In this document: positions 13,186-26,888 of the stretch, piece by piece
Layout of the letters: each line of letters begins with the position of its first letter
Numbering within the stretch: position 1 is the stretch's first letter
Source of the DNA: Callorhinchus milii
Lineage: Eukaryota
Direction of reading: 5' to 3'
Assembly (NCBI RefSeq): GCF_018977255.1
Contig: NW_024704783.1
Location: forward strand, 434,001-498,000
Length of the DNA stretch: 64,000 nt
Made by a program: the position numbers and the translations under genes
Notes under the pieces: model-generated
What the model was told of the DNA's origin: nothing
Database searches by the model: none
Seen by the model: only the letters and a program-made list of their open reading frames with translations

Positions 13186-13515
13186 TTGAGCAGATGACGC
13201 CGGCGTCATAGGAGTGTGAATACCACCTGGAACAGTGACCCCACGTCTGTGACTCGCAATCCCTCAGAGCAGACTCGCCCCCTCTGCACTGGACATAATA
13301 GGTGACAACGGGACCTGAGCCTTCGCCAAAGTGCGCATCTCCTGATGCTGAGAGCGCGGCTCCACAGCCCAACTCGTTACACACCACAGCCGCGGCCTTC
13401 ATATCCCAGCCAGGGCCACCAGAGCCATAGCCATACACTGTACCCCATTGCCCATCGTGGTAAACCTCCACTCTCCCGGCACACGGGCTGCTGCCATTCG
13501 CCAATCTCAAATGAT
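13186..13515 (-). CDS. SRCR domain exon, WC1 a1-like N-terminal type
   Basis: 330 nt, tgcag|AT CAT TTG ... TCA A|gtaaa; WGTVYGYGSGGPGW. Confidence 0.9.
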
Positions 13516-14868
13516 CTGCAAAAAACATGACGAACAACATGCCTTTGAATTTGATTTCCAGTCGCGCAGGGTATTCATAATTATAAAAATAAAAGTTGTA
13601 CTTAATCGGAAGCGCTCTGAGTCGCCGTCCGGCGTTGAGGGCGCTATATAAATCCTAGCTCTTTTTTGTTGTAGCTGTTGCATTTGCCTACACGGTCATT
13701 GCTCCTTACAGTAAATTCTGTGAAGCGCTGGAAGAGATTTGCAGGCTGTGTCAAGGCATTATATTTAATCTATGATGAGACTTGAATGATGGTTTTCAGA
13801 ACATGATAGATTGAAAGGATCGGCACATTCTACATGTCCTCATATGTCAGGTGACATTTGTAGGCTTAGCGGAATGTGGGACAATAATAATACGTTGGGA
13901 TAATTGACACGAGACGAAAGTTAAACGTTCAGTGGAATCGAGGAGTGGATGTTTGAATGAGAGAGCAGTATGGGGAAGCGTGTAAATTATAAGACGATTT
14001 GAAGTACAGAACGAGGACACAAAAGTTCTGTTATTGAGGTTTGTTTAAATTGGGGCTTACATAAGGTGAAGAAAGAGGAAACGGGGAGCAGATCCCTTCA
14101 GCTTCCATTTATACACTTTTCTCAGTTAGTCAATCAGTTAGTCTATACTCAAGTTTTCATGCTGACATGGTAGACATGAATCGCCTTGAGCTTCCTAAAA
14201 TATGAGGTTAAAATTCAAACAAACAGAGGAATTATTCCTCTGAATTCAGTATTGCAAGGAAAGAAAAAAGACAAGGACAGACACAACATGAAATGTATTG
14301 ATGTTGCGGGAAAGCACGTCACAGAAAAAAACAATTTCTTCTTGTCTTCTTGTACATATGTAGCACCTTTCATCCGGAATAGCGTCTCTGAACAATGAAT
14401 TGTGCAGAGCTTGTCCAGAAACACTGTTCCTCAATTCCTCCTCCTTGAATACACGTTTAGTTAACACAGGAAGAGCTCCTCTCGGTCGGTGTCCTACTAT
14501 CCCAGGCGCACTGGGACGCTTCCTGCTTTCGGAACACTACGTAAATGCATCTTGTTGTCGTTGAGGCGGAAGACAGTGGACAGATGGGGCTGGTACAGGT
14601 GTGGGATATATGCAGGACGATTAGGGCATCATGTGTGTGACACGTGAGTATCAGGATCGTTAAAAATGTCCGTTCTGCTAATGGAAGCCAATGGATCCTG
14701 GCAAGTATAAAAGCTTTAGCAAAGTTGCATCTACAGTCCATTTAGCACCTTTAATGCCGGGAACGTGGCCCTAGGCTTGCGTTTGTTGGTGCTGTTAAAG
14801 ATTTGATTTAATTGTATTTTATGAACTTTTTGCTGAGGAACGAATAACATATCCAAAAAAATACTCAC

Positions 14869-14901
14869 CTAGTTTCTTAGCTTGACAATCCACTCGAGGA
14901 C
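14869..14901 (-). CDS. Candidate 33-nt mini-exon (GPRVDCQAKKL), acceptor mutated to CCG
   Basis: tttccg|GT CCT ... CTA G|gtgagt; paralogue of 11888-11920. Confidence 0.5.
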   Translation of the reverse strand, partial: VLEWIVKLRN

Positions 14902-16109
14902 CGGAAACGAGAACGTTTTTGCCAGTTACATAATTTAGAAATTTATTTCGGATTATAAAGCCTTTTGATCTATTCAATCTCATTGTCCATAACATTATTT
15001 TTGACAGTCAGAGAGTGAGCCACGCGTAAAGCCCAGTCCGTTCTACTTCCACTGCTCAAGGTTTTCATCATGGTCAGAAAGAACGTTCAATTAAGGTGAT
15101 ACATGTTTAGTGAAATAAGGTCAAAGTCTTCACTCCTGACCGAGCCTGACACAATATACACAGTGTGACTAAATAGACGTGATACAATTACAGTGTCTAA
15201 TACGTCTCGGAGAAATGGTGATGAAATATATTATTTGTATATAATATGCATAATCAATGTATGTATATATTAGTAGTGTTTATACTACAACAATATTATC
15301 CTTGCGATGGAATTTGCGCCTGATCACAACATTGAGACGCCGCAAAGCGCTTCACAGAATATAATGTATAGTTTACTGACTGTGCCATTTGAGGGTTAAA
15401 CGTGGCAGCAAATGTGCACCGCAGTATCCCACAACAGGACAAAAATTCACTGACCAAATTATTATTTTGTAAGGAGATTTGACGTCCTCGAGCTGTGTGT
15501 ATGGGTGGTTGTGTCGGTGTATCTGTTGGGGGGAGGGTCAGGGTCGAAACCACAACCTCCTGACTCGGAGGCGAGAGAGAGCGAGAGAGAGAGAGAGAGG
15601 GGGAGTGAGAGTGAGAGTGAGAGAGAGAGAGCCGGAAAATGCAACCGAGTTCGAAAAATAAAAACTCTTTAGCTGGAAACTTATTAACTATAAATATATT
15701 AGTAATTTTAAATCAATTTTATAAATTTTTAATCGCGTTGTCAAAGATATGAGAATTGCAACTAGCGAGGACTTGCTTAATGTTAGATTAAAAAACAGAT
15801 CTTTCTATATCCCGTTGAACTGACTTTGCAAAGTTAAGGATAAAGGATGTTCGTAACATCCACCATGAAGTATCTCGTCACTGAGACGTCTAAAACCGCT
15901 TTACAGAAAATAATGTAACGTGCAATGACTGTGAATTTTTGTGGGTGAAACGCAGCAACAATTGTGCACAGCAGCATCCCACAAACAATCTTGGATTAAG
16001 TGAACACATTCTTATTTTTGTAAGAAGATTTGGCTACACCCTCTCAACAACTCTCCTACTCGCGGAAATAACCCTCGCCCGTCTCCCCCCCACCCCCCCT
16101 CCCCCCAAC

Positions 16110-17082
16110 CCAATCGATGGGAAGGAGGGAGCGAGGAGGGGGAAGAGAGTCGAGAGGGGAGCTGAAGGCAGAGGTTTACGGCCTTAGAGGGACGCGAAAC
16201 TGGGAGGAGTAAGCCTAATAATAATAGTAATAATCCTTGCATTTGATATAGCGCTTTTCACGTCGGAGGACGTCCCAAAGCACTTCACAGAACACACTGT
16301 AAAGTGAATTGACTGTATATTTGTGGGCGAACGCGGCAGCCAATTGCGCACAGCAATGTCCCACAATCAGTCGTAGATTGAAAATGACCCATTTACTTAT
16401 TGTTTTTGGTTTTGGAGGGATTATTATTAGGCGTGTGGAGTAAGGAAACTTGCCCAAGGTTTCGCCCTGCCTGGAATTGAACTCAGGTCTCTCACTTGCA
16501 AAGTGAGTGCTCTAACCACTGAGCTACAGGACTCCGGGCTGAGAGCTGAAGGCCCGACCACCGATGGTAGGGCGGTTGGGGCGGGGGTCGTGGAGCAGAC
16601 CGGAGCCAGAGGAACGGAGGGTACGGGCAGGTAGGTAGGGGGATAGTAGGTTGGAGAGGTAGGAGGGAGCAAGGCCGTGAATGGCCTTGTAGGTGAGGAT
16701 GAGGATCTTGAAATCAATCCTCTGGGGATGGGGAGCCAGTGGAGGCGAGCGAGGGTGGGAGTGATGTGGTCGCGAAGCCTGGTGCGGGACAGTACACGAG
16801 CTGCAGAGTTCTGAATGACCTGCAGCTTGTGGAGGGAGGTGGCGGGAAGGCCGGCGAGGAGAGAGTTCCCATAGTCCAGCCTTGAGGTGACAAAGGCGTG
16901 GACCAGGGTTTCAGCAGCGTGAGGGGTGAGGTAGTGCCGTAGTCTGGCGATGTTCCGAAGGTGATGGAAGGCGGTGCCAGTTGTAGTGCGGATGTGAGGG
17001 AGAAAGGACAGCTCAGGGTCGAACAAAAGGCCGAGGTTCCTGACTGGCTTGGAGAGGTGGAGAGTGCAGCCTTGGATGCTGA
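16110..17082 (-). mobile_element. L2 LINE 3' fragment interrupted by a SINE
   Basis: ORF 16427-17122 is nearly identical to the C-terminal part of L2 ORF2 at 39430-39975. Confidence 0.9.
16216..16533 (-). mobile_element. Full-length tRNA-headed SINE (Deu/AmnSINE-like body, L2-type tail) nested in L2
   Basis: Close reverse complement of the SINE at 24108-24420; (ATT)n tail. Confidence 0.9.
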
Positions 17083-18123
17083 ACAACATCACACACATGG
17101 ATCCTGGAGCTCGACTGCACACTCTGCGTCAAATCTAAGACGTCAGTCATGTACTTCCATTGTTTCCTGCCTCAACAAGAGTCTTCAGAAAATCTTGCAT
17201 AAATCAAAAGTATCAACGTATTTGGGTTTTACACTCAGCCTAATGTCGCTCTCCGCTCTCATGTAGTGAGCCACTCTGTGAAGGTGCCCAACACATCCTA
17301 TTAACATTGTAATCCAGCATGTTTAGTGTATATCTAATCACGAACTGCCAGTTGATGTGAAATAGTGAATATATGAAGCCATTGGGCAAAATACAGAATT
17401 TCGCGAAATTCCTCTGTATATCCAACTTCCGACTAAGATCACACTACTTGTTGGTAGACACCAGACTTGCACTGTGTAACAATACTAGAGAGTTTGTCTC
17501 AGATACCCGTTGTCTAGCGCTGGGAGGACAGCTTCAAGTCCTGTGTTCAGTTCCTGGCGTCGCTGTACACACCACGCACCACATAGCAGCTTTCAGCATC
17601 TATGCATTAATGATCTCCACACCTGCTACCTTACCAGCAGCCAGGCCATGGCCTCCACTCGATAGGTGTTGCATCAGCATTGAGGAGTCCATGCAGAGCA
17701 GTGCCCATCAACGGTCAACAGTCTGTACCTCATTGAGTTCTCACAACTCGTATCAGACCTCTTAAATGCTGTATTCTGCCTATGACCAAGTGATTCTTGG
17801 TTTGGATTGAAATGAAGATAAATAGCTTGTGTGATCATTACTATCAGGCAATTGAAATTTTGTTGCTATTTTTCAATTGCGTCCAAGCATCTTGTCTCCA
17901 ATATCTGCCTATTTAGATACTCGAATCGCAGTAGCATAATAGTTAAACATTGAGGCATTGTTTGCGTCAGAATTCAGGATACTGTTTGACCATTTGTAAT
18001 GTTTGGATGACGGGACTTCCCAATTCTTCCCTCCACAGACTGCAGATTACTAATTGCAGTAGATTACTGCATTATCGCAAAAAGACATGGCACCAATTAT
18101 CAGCGTGTGTGCCGTTTAATCTT

Positions 18124-18332
18124 AATAATAATAATAATAATACTTGCTTCTGTGAAGCGCTTTTCACGACCTCTAGACGTCCCAAACCGCTTCAGAGAAT
18201 ATACTGCACAGGGAATTGACTGTACATTTGTGGGCGAACGCGGCAGCCAATTGCGCACAGCAATGTCCCAAAAACTGTCGGAGATTCAAAATGACCAATT
18301 TATTCTTGTTTTTTGTTTTGGAGGGATTATTA
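18124..18332 (-). mobile_element. SINE 3' part, same family
   Basis: tttgtgggcgaacgcggcagccaattgcgcacagcaatgtccca core. Confidence 0.8.
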
Positions 18333-18875
18333 TCTTATCAGTTTTACGTTTATGTTTTACAACATTCCATGGGAATTCCATTGTGTAGACCAAAACTGCA
18401 ACAGGTTGCACTGATATTGTGCCAGTCACGCGGAGTGGTGCCTTGTAACGCTGAACAGAGCGCTCCAAGGCACCATAGATGCTTATACCCATTGCAGGGC
18501 GCCTATAATTGTTTCTACAATTGCAAACCACGGAGCGCATTTCAATTTGAAATATCAAAAAGTTTTAATATTCATTATAAAGGTTCGTTACTGTACATGT
18601 GTCCATGAACAAGGACAATGTCATGGTAAGCCATTCAGTTTTATCTCCTGCCCTTTGCCTGATGAAATCATGCATCAATCCAGGACAAATGTAAAACTGG
18701 GAAATTTGCAAGGTTGGAATATCAAACAATATTTCAATACAAACACAGTTTGTATTACAAATGCCAATGTTTTCCTTAAGCAAAGTTTTGAATGCAATCT
18801 TTGAAAGTACAGAAGGAAGACTGCTCACAATTAAGCGAGACTGACACTCAGACGTAGTCAGATGAACATACAGAT

Positions 18876-19240
18876 CTGAGCCACGCTAACACACTGACCA
18901 GAGCCAGCGTGTCTACCAGAACTAAGCCAGGCTGGTACCGAAACCTGAGCCAAGCTGACACCGGAGCTCAGTTAGGCTGACACACCGTGACAGAGCCAAG
19001 CTGATTTAGAGTGAATGAGCCCGGCTGACACCCAGAACTGAGCCAGAAAGACAACCAGACTTAAGCCAGGCTAACACCAAATGATAGAACCAGGCTGACT
19101 CCCCGATGTGAACCAGACTGATATCAATCCCTGACCAAAGCAATCATCCAGATGTGAGCCAGCCTAACACCCAGACCTGAGTGAAGCTGATAACCAGACC
19201 TGAGCCAGGCTAACATACAATGACTGAGCCAGGCTGACAT
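18876..19240. repeat. Degenerate minisatellite, about 21-23-bp unit (ccagacctgagccaggctgacac)
   Basis: Repeated tgagccaggctgacacccaga-like units. Confidence 0.8.
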
Positions 19241-19625
19241 CTAGAACGAAAAGGAATATTTACCGTTATATAGTTATAATCCAGGGAAACTATGAAGGAA
19301 TTTCAAAAATTCAAAGCAAGCATGGGTCGTGCTGAAGAATAGAACAACATCAACAGGCACCCAATTTAATATCATGGAGAGAATTTGTTTTTGCGAAATT
19401 CTTACTTCTCTGTCCGATCTGCGTTTGTTGCCGAACTGTTAATAAGCAGTTTATCTTTTCTGGGTTCTATTTATTCATTATTTATTGATTATTAATTATG
19501 CGCAATACAATCCCAGTGAGCTTCACATTGATGGGTGGACGCGGGAAACGGGGAAATGGAGATTACCATAGGCATTGTCCAAGCGTTTAGTTTTCAGACG
19601 GGAATTAAGAATTGCTGGAGAAGGG

Positions 19626-20150
19626 ACAACAACACCAACAACATGGTTGCATTTATAGAGCGCCTTTCACGTAGGGAGGACGTCCCAAGGCGCTGGACAG
19701 ATGGGTCGAGACCCGATCAGGGGGGAAATGATCAGGATGAGAGGAGGGAAGTGAAGGAGCGAGAAGCGGGTAGAGAGTCGAAAGTGGAGGTGAAGGCACG
19801 GCAACGACAAAGTGCTGAATACAGACAGTGATATTCAGGGATTGAAAATGAATGAAGACTTGGTCATTGCTGATGTTAGAGAGTGCGGGTGACGGGCAGC
19901 ATGACAGGGGTTTTCTGAGGCGAAGTAATTGGCAGCGGTGTGCAGTTGCAGATGTTAGAGAGAGAGCGAGTTTCTAAGGTGTGAAATGATTTAGATATGA
20001 CGGTAAGCATCTTGAGATCAATCCATTCAGAGTCAAGGAGCCAGTGGAACCCAGCAAGGGTGGATTATGAGTGGGTGATTTTTATTAGAAGTGACGATAT
20101 GGCCGGTGGGATTTTTATATAAAATGGGCCGTGTGTAAGCTGGAACTGAC
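19626..20150 (-). mobile_element. Old L2 fragment(s)
   Basis: tttatagagcgcctttcacgt...gacgtcccaaggcgct tail and degraded ORF2 3' sequence. Confidence 0.7.
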
Positions 20151-20599
20151 TGAGAGCACCACATACGAGTGTGCAAGTGACTTCAAGGAATGAAGTGATA
20201 AAAGCTTGGTTAAGATTTTCCAGTGAATACGGTGAGAATTAAGGGCACAAGCAAACAGAAACAAATTACATTTGTAAAGCAGTTTTGATATTGGGAGAAC
20301 AACACAAGCTTCTGGGAAATCAGGGATTTGAAACCGAGGAGTCGGAAGGGAACTGGAGTGCTGGTGGGTACGGAGGGTAGGGTAAAAGGGTGTCCGAATA
20401 TGCAGCCGAAGGGTAGGGTCTCTAGTCTTGCTTTGAAGGAGGCAAAGGAGGGAGGAATTTGAAGGGCAGTGGTGAATTGGATGAATATCAGCAAGACCGA
20501 GGCGTCCTGTTTGGCTTACGGCAACGCCTCCATAACTCGAGTCGTGGCAGCATCACCAATATTGGATGCAGTCACTCTGCAGTTCACGGGGCCGATCTC

Positions 20600-21200
20600 G
20601 AACACTGTAGACCAGTTTTACCCTCAACCGTACTTCATCCCGCATATCTGTGCCATGAACCGATTCTCTTTCTAGCCCTCTGCAAAGTTGCCCGGCTACA
20701 CGACTACCTCGCAACAGAGACCTGCTCCGAGTCCCTCATACACGCGTTGAACGCAACCAGACTGAACTATGCAAACTCCCTGTCTGCCTCCGCATCTCCG
20801 CACTCAAAAGGGTGCAGATCCACCAGAAATCCACAGCCCGTGTCGTAACCCACATCAGGCTCCACAATCCTATTATACCCTTCCACGTTCAGCTCCACTG
20901 GCCGTCAATTAATCAGATGATACAATTAAATATCCTGTTCATCAATTTTAAAGCACACCATGGACGTTCTCCGTCTACCTCTTTGAACTAATCTCTCCCT
21001 ACCAACTTGTCGGTTTCTTTCGCTCAGAGGGCTTTGGCTTGCTTCACGTTCACCATATTAGAAATTGGAGGACGGTGTTTCGACCTCTCTGCCCCACCCT
21101 CTGGAACTCCATCACAATTATTCCGCATGTCCTCTCCCTTGACTGCTTGAGGAACATCTGAATACCATACTCTTTCATCGTACCATCAGTCACCCTCATA
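20600..21200 (+). mobile_element. Old diverged L2 fragment
   Basis: Translates to ARLHDYL...ESLIHALNATRLNYANSL, homologous to the ORF2 C-terminus. Confidence 0.7.
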
Positions 21201-21679
21201 CCCATGTGCTCATTGAGGTTTTGATATCCGGGAAGCAAATGTAGACAATAAGACTGGCTGTTTCCAAGCTTGAAATAGAAAAGTAGATATAGGTGTCATA
21301 CTCATGCATGTGGAGGTTGACTCTCAGAATGTACATGCTATAAGCAATTGGAGGCATTTACGAGAGGAAAAGAAGGGGAGCAAGAATGCAATCCTGCGAT
21401 ACACAATAGTGGACTGTGCACGAGTAGGAGGAGAAACTGGTTGAGTTAATGACATAAGATTATGTGTCAGAACGCTGTCTTATGTGGGAAGGAATGAGAT
21501 CAAAGTGGATGGATCTCTTGCTGTGTCAAAAGCATTTGCAGCGCAAAGAGTCCGTGGGCTTTCTAGTCATAGAGAAACAGAACATCATAAATTTGTAGTT
21601 GATTTGACCATCATCTTTCACTCAGGATGAAAGATTCGAGGAGATTTTGAAGATCATCCACTAAATATTAATAATCGTA

Positions 21680-22035
21680 AACCTTGTTTTTTCACATAGC
21701 GTTATACCGCGTCCAGGAGACGCCTTAACGCGCTTCGCAGAATACGCTGTAAAGTGGATTGACTGTACATTTTGTGGGCGAGACGCGGCAGCAAATTGCA
21801 CACGCAGTCTCCCGCAAGTAGTTGTGTATTGAGTGACCGATTTATTATTGTTAATTTTTGTTGGAATTATTTGCCCAAGGAAAGAGACGAACAGGCGAGG
21901 AGTGTTCATGTTTACTGCTAGGTACGCAGAGGCGTGTGGCGGAAGTAAGTTGCAAATGTTTCACCCTGCGGTAATAGAACCTGTTGCCCAATCTTGTGAG
22001 CCGAGTGCTCAAATCAGTGACCTACATGATTCCAA
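21680..22035 (-). mobile_element. Diverged SINE, same family
   Basis: gactgtacattttgtgggcgagacgcggcagcaaattgcaca core plus degraded tRNA-like head. Confidence 0.65.
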
Positions 22036-24107
22036 AAATAGACTATTCGTAATTGGAAACGGTCAAAGAATGGCGTGATCATAGATATAATTTAACAAAA
22101 TAGCGATGAATATAGGTATAGAATGCAGAATTTCATGAAATTCTGCAAGAGGACTTCCAACACAAGGCCTTGATGCCAAGAATGTGGGAATTGGAGGAAA
22201 TAAGCTGTAAATATGAGTCGGAGCAAATGTTCACCAATTGACGTCTTGAGAAAAGTAGAAAAGAATTATTCAAATTTATGTTGAGAGAATTTACAATGCT
22301 TACTTTCTTTCAACCATGTCTTTCAGTTCTCCATTCAAAAGTTTCTGCTCACTGATATCCATTGATGGCGACGTACTGGTTCTTGCTTATCGCTTCGAAT
22401 TGCCTGTAATTTACATCAACCCCTTAAGTTTCCAAATTCTTTTTACAGCAGGCTAATCTACAGGAACTGACATTACAAAGATGACTGTCTGCTAAATATC
22501 TTATGAATAAATGTTTAACCTACATGTATGCCATGTCAAACAGAAATTAATATCTGCAGAGCATCAATCTGCACTGATTTGAAATCTTAGAATGTTGTTG
22601 CGCAATGTTACATCAAATCACAGGAGAGTAAATCCCCTAGAACAAGGTAAATCACTATCATGAGCAACACAAGAAACTTTAATTTCAAATGTTAACTGAT
22701 TCTGTGACAGTCGGTATAATTCTTTACGAAGTCTGCTATGAAGTTACATTGATACAGCAATCATTGGTACTGCAAACCTCAAACTACTTTTGCTGTTAGT
22801 GCAAACCCCGCGGTCAAATATATATGACGACACGGATTGTTAGTCCAACAATAAAAACATATTGCATTTATATAGCGCCTTTTACTTTGGGAGGACGTCA
22901 CAAGGCCTCAGACTGTCGAGGATTTCTTCCAAGCCGCGGGTGTTTCGGAAGGCTGGAGCCAAGGCAGTAGCTGTTGTAGGAAGTGAAATGACAGAAGACA
23001 CGTTGACAAAGGCAGTTCTTCGGATGGACATTTGAGGCCAAGGGAATGTCAAAGCCAAGGGACAAGTGGATAGATTTCCAGAGCGAGAGGTCAAGTGGGA
23101 TGAAAGGCGAACCATCAATTGTGAGGTGGACAGGGCAGAGGACGTATTGCATATCGGCATCTACTGAGTGTAGGGAATGTGTAGGAACAATCTTGAATTA
23201 AAAATTATGATTTACATCCAGTCTGTGTTCAATCAGACACAAACCTACTGCCCTTCTATTGGCTCAAACAAACTATCTTTCGATTCCACATCATCCGGAC
23301 GCAAGTACAAACTGAGGCTCCACTTCCCCAGAATCAATTGCGTCCACAACCATCGGTTCCATGACTTACACATCCTCTCCTCCAATTACAAATGCAAACC
23401 TCTGATGTAATTTCTCATGTCGAAACTGCAGGGAATCCAATCTGCTATCAAAACTATTCCCTTGCCCTCCCAGTCTTCACCGAATTCTGGTTATTTGTTT
23501 TCTAACCGCTTCTCCCTATTTCTGTAGTTACTTATCTCTCACATGAAACTCAGCATGTGCTCTCCCGACCTGTTGCCATCCTCATTTTATCTCCTGTATT
23601 CTCCTCTTTCCCCTCTGCTACCAACATTTTAATTCTCTATCCGTCCATTAGGAATTCCTTCAAAAGTATTGCCATCACTCACTTCCTAAAGTAAATATAT
23701 CCATGTTCTCAAATTACCATCCCCTCTCCACCCTATCATCCTTCCAAAGCGAAGTACTGTAGTTTAGTGGTTTCAGAACCTGGCTCCCAAGCGAGAGACA
23801 AGTGTTCAATTCCTGACAGGTTGAAACGTTTAGCATTTTTCCTTACTCTCCACTCATCTGTTTGCCTTCTAGAATTTCTAAACCGAGATGTTCGGCGATC
23901 AGCGGATCGCTCTTCTGCGGGTGATAATTGGTTCAAAAGAAAAAGCTTGTAATAATACAAATTAGGTCACTCAATCCACGGCCATTTGTTAAACACTGCC
24001 GTGTACAATATGCTAACAATAAAGTTTTGTGGCTAACTCCCTTTATTCAAATATAAGCACAGCAAGAACACGTAAAACATATACTACCCCAAATATACTA
24101 AATGTGA

Positions 24108-24420
24108 AGTCCTGTAGCTCAGTGGTTAGAGCACTCGCTTTGTAAGCGAGAGACCTGAGTTCAATTCCAGGCAGAGGGCGAAACCTTGGGCAAGTTTCCT
24201 TACTCCACACAGAGCCTAATAATAATCCCTCCAAAACCACAAACAATAATAAATTGGTCATTTTCAATCTACGACTGTTTGTGGGACATTGCTGTGCGCA
24301 ATTGGCTGCCGCGTTCGCCCACAAGTATACAGTCAATTCACTTTACAGTGTATTCTGTGAAGCGCTTTGGGACGTCCTCCCGACGTGTAAAGCGCTATAT
24401 CAAATGCAAGGATTATTATT
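24108..24420 (+). mobile_element. Full-length tRNA-headed SINE (Deu/AmnSINE-like body, L2-type 3' tail)
   Basis: A box tagctcagtgg, B box gagttcaattcc, central tgtgggacattgctgtgcgcaattggctgccgcgtt, tail gcgctttgggacgtcc...aagcgctatatcaaatgcaagg(att)n. Confidence 0.92.
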
Positions 24421-26888
24421 AAGGATTAAGTGCGCTGTCAAATAATTTTTTTCCCCAAGAACATGGAGCTTTAAGCACAAAACAGCTTGTATCCTCCCAA
24501 GCCAGTGGTGACTTACTTTAACATTGCGTCTGGACAATTTGTTCTTAACCAGGCACAAACGACTTCAGTTATTAACAGATGATAAATGATGCTTCGAGAA
24601 CAAAATGGTGTTTTCCGCCATTTTTGATGCATATAAACCAGAATAACGACTTAACGTTTGCAAACGCCCTGTCTTACAGCGTTTCGTTACGCATATCGTA
24701 TTCTGACAATTCAACAGTTGGAAGTTCGAAGCTTCAGCAGCAACTGCTTTCCGCTCTGCATCTTAATCAAGATGGATTACACGCCCTGGATTTATTATGT
24801 GAACGTACGTTCACAAACTTAGAATGTAGGTTACGGAGTTGTCACCTCAAAATTAAATTTCCTCGTCAGCTATGTGACGGACACCTGCTTCCAACATGGT
24901 GGAGGAAATCAAAGTTTATGACTAACCAGCATTTCCAATGTACTCGAAGTCCAATTTCAATCCTGTATATCATCCGCACCGAACAACATCTACGTAATAT
25001 ATGTCCCCGTGTATTAAATGCATTCAATGCTCAGTGAAATAAACATAGCCTCCAGGTTGCTCAGCGACATGTAAGTTCAGCCACGTTTCTCAATCCGTGC
25101 ACCGACTTCGCGTCAGTCATTCAATTCACAGAGCCCTGGCTGGACAACTCCAAGGGCAGTCTTCACAGCTCCTTTCCAAAAGAGCTGAAGAACATTCAAA
25201 ATTCTGCAGCCAATGGTCTCTCCAAATCCAACCAATGCTTACCCACCAACACTGGCTCACCATTCCCCTAAAGGGTTAAATATCGTCAGTTCGATCCTCA
25301 CTGATAAATCCGTCCAAGGTCTAGCCCCACCCAAGCGTTGTGACCTTTTACGATTCTGCACGCCAAGATGCTCCTCCCTGTACACCAGGCACCGTTCAAG
25401 ATCCTTGTAAGGGCGACAGATATATAAGCAATAACTTGCCTCTATATGGCGTACTTCTCGCTGTATAGTGTCACAGTCAGCATATCTCATTGGTTTGGTC
25501 AATCCAGCAGATGGGACGAACCACCTTTTTGCGAGCACCACAGTAGGTTCAACAGAACAGCACCGATTGCCTCTGTTGTGTTCTGTCACTTCAATTGTGA
25601 TATTGGCAGTTTTCGCAAGACGATCACGATAAGAACACGACATATGGCGGTGTAAATATGAGAATGGCATTTAATTAAAATTAGAAGCCGTAAGTTGATT
25701 CGAACCTTGGATTAAATGTGTTCAGTGAGAATAAAAACAGATCAGAAATGTGAATAAGTGCTATGCCTGTTTAACAACTACCGACTTTCCTGTAAGACTG
25801 AAAGCATTTCGAAATTAATATTTTACTGAACGTGCTGAAAGCACCCCTTTGCTGAGTTTGGACACTGAAATCTCTCACATCAGCTGAGAACATGGTAACT
25901 ATAAGATATATGGAACTTGTTGGTCAATACAAGGCAACAAAAATTATATTAACATGTCAATTTTCCAATAGGGAGGTATGAGTGAGCCTCATTGAACGTC
26001 AAACTACAAGTACTGGACAATTGGTTTTGTTTCTTGTCCATCACTCAACTGCTGGACGTTTGCAAAATATTAACGAGTGAAGGTCCCATCCAGATTTGGT
26101 AAATTGATTCACAATCCAGATTATTGCCAATTCCACAATGGAACTGAATTCATTCATAAAGCCAATGTTGGAATTTTACTGGTTACTTCAAGATCATAAC
26201 TTTGGATTTACGTTTGTAGAACGCATATCAGCTGAGCTGACTGGTAATAGTCAGCGATTGTACACAACGATTATATGTCAACATTAGTAATATGTTTCTG
26301 ATACCGTCATTAATAAGTTCTCATTACCGGGACTATTCACATTTTTTTAGTGTTTATGTTCTTATTAAAAACTGGTGTCATACGTTGTCTTCAGACTATG
26401 AGTCTTGGATTTTGGACGTGCAGGACAGATATGACTACGGCTTCCCCACTGAAACTTCATTGATCAAACTTGATGAGGAAACAATCTCTCACTACGACCA
26501 ATGAAACTCAAGTGAAACCAGAAACCAGAGAGGTGGTGGAGGAAAGAATGTAATGGTGTTCAATGCACTACCTCAAAACAGTTACAGAATCGCGTGAAGC
26601 TTTTATCAGGGACATCAATCTTCTGCTCGGGTGGTGCGATGGAAGTGAACAATGCTTTCCTTTTATCATTTAAAACGAAGGAGAATTGAACAGTTACATT
26701 TTATTCGAGAATCCATCCAGTGCGATAACGTTTCCAATTTCATCTGAACTCTCTAAACGTATTAAACTCTATCCTGTGAATACGATTGTCGAAGAGATTG
26801 GTAGAGTTTGAATGAAAAGGAGCGCAAAGGCATTCGATGCTCGTGTTGTGGCCACAATTTACAATCAATCAGTCCAAACAGTAATATT

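Larger units (their letters stand above)
732..14901 (-). other. Multi-exon group-B SRCR membrane receptor gene, WC1/CD163-like, possibly partly pseudogenised; signal-peptide exon and last exon not located
   Basis: Series of phase-1/phase-1 exons of about 312-330 nt encoding SRCR domains (LRLVxG...C.GRVEV...WGTVC...C.QL.CG...FG.G.G.IW...C.G.E..L..C...C.H.ED.GV.CS), followed by TM and Tyr-motif cytoplasmic exons. Confidence 0.9.

Noticed and set aside
14640-14741. Hydrophobic ORF as a possible signal-peptide exon of the SRCR gene
   Set aside because: HWLPLAERTFLTILILT is a decayed L2 ORF2 C-terminus ([17 protein letters not shown]).
18876-19240. Short periodic repeats suggesting CRISPR or a coding repeat
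   Set aside because: Degenerate head-to-tail minisatellite with no spacers and no sustained ORF.
24108-24180. tRNA-like sequence with a TGT loop
   Set aside because: It has no proper acceptor stem and continues into a SINE body and tail found in many copies; it is a SINE head.
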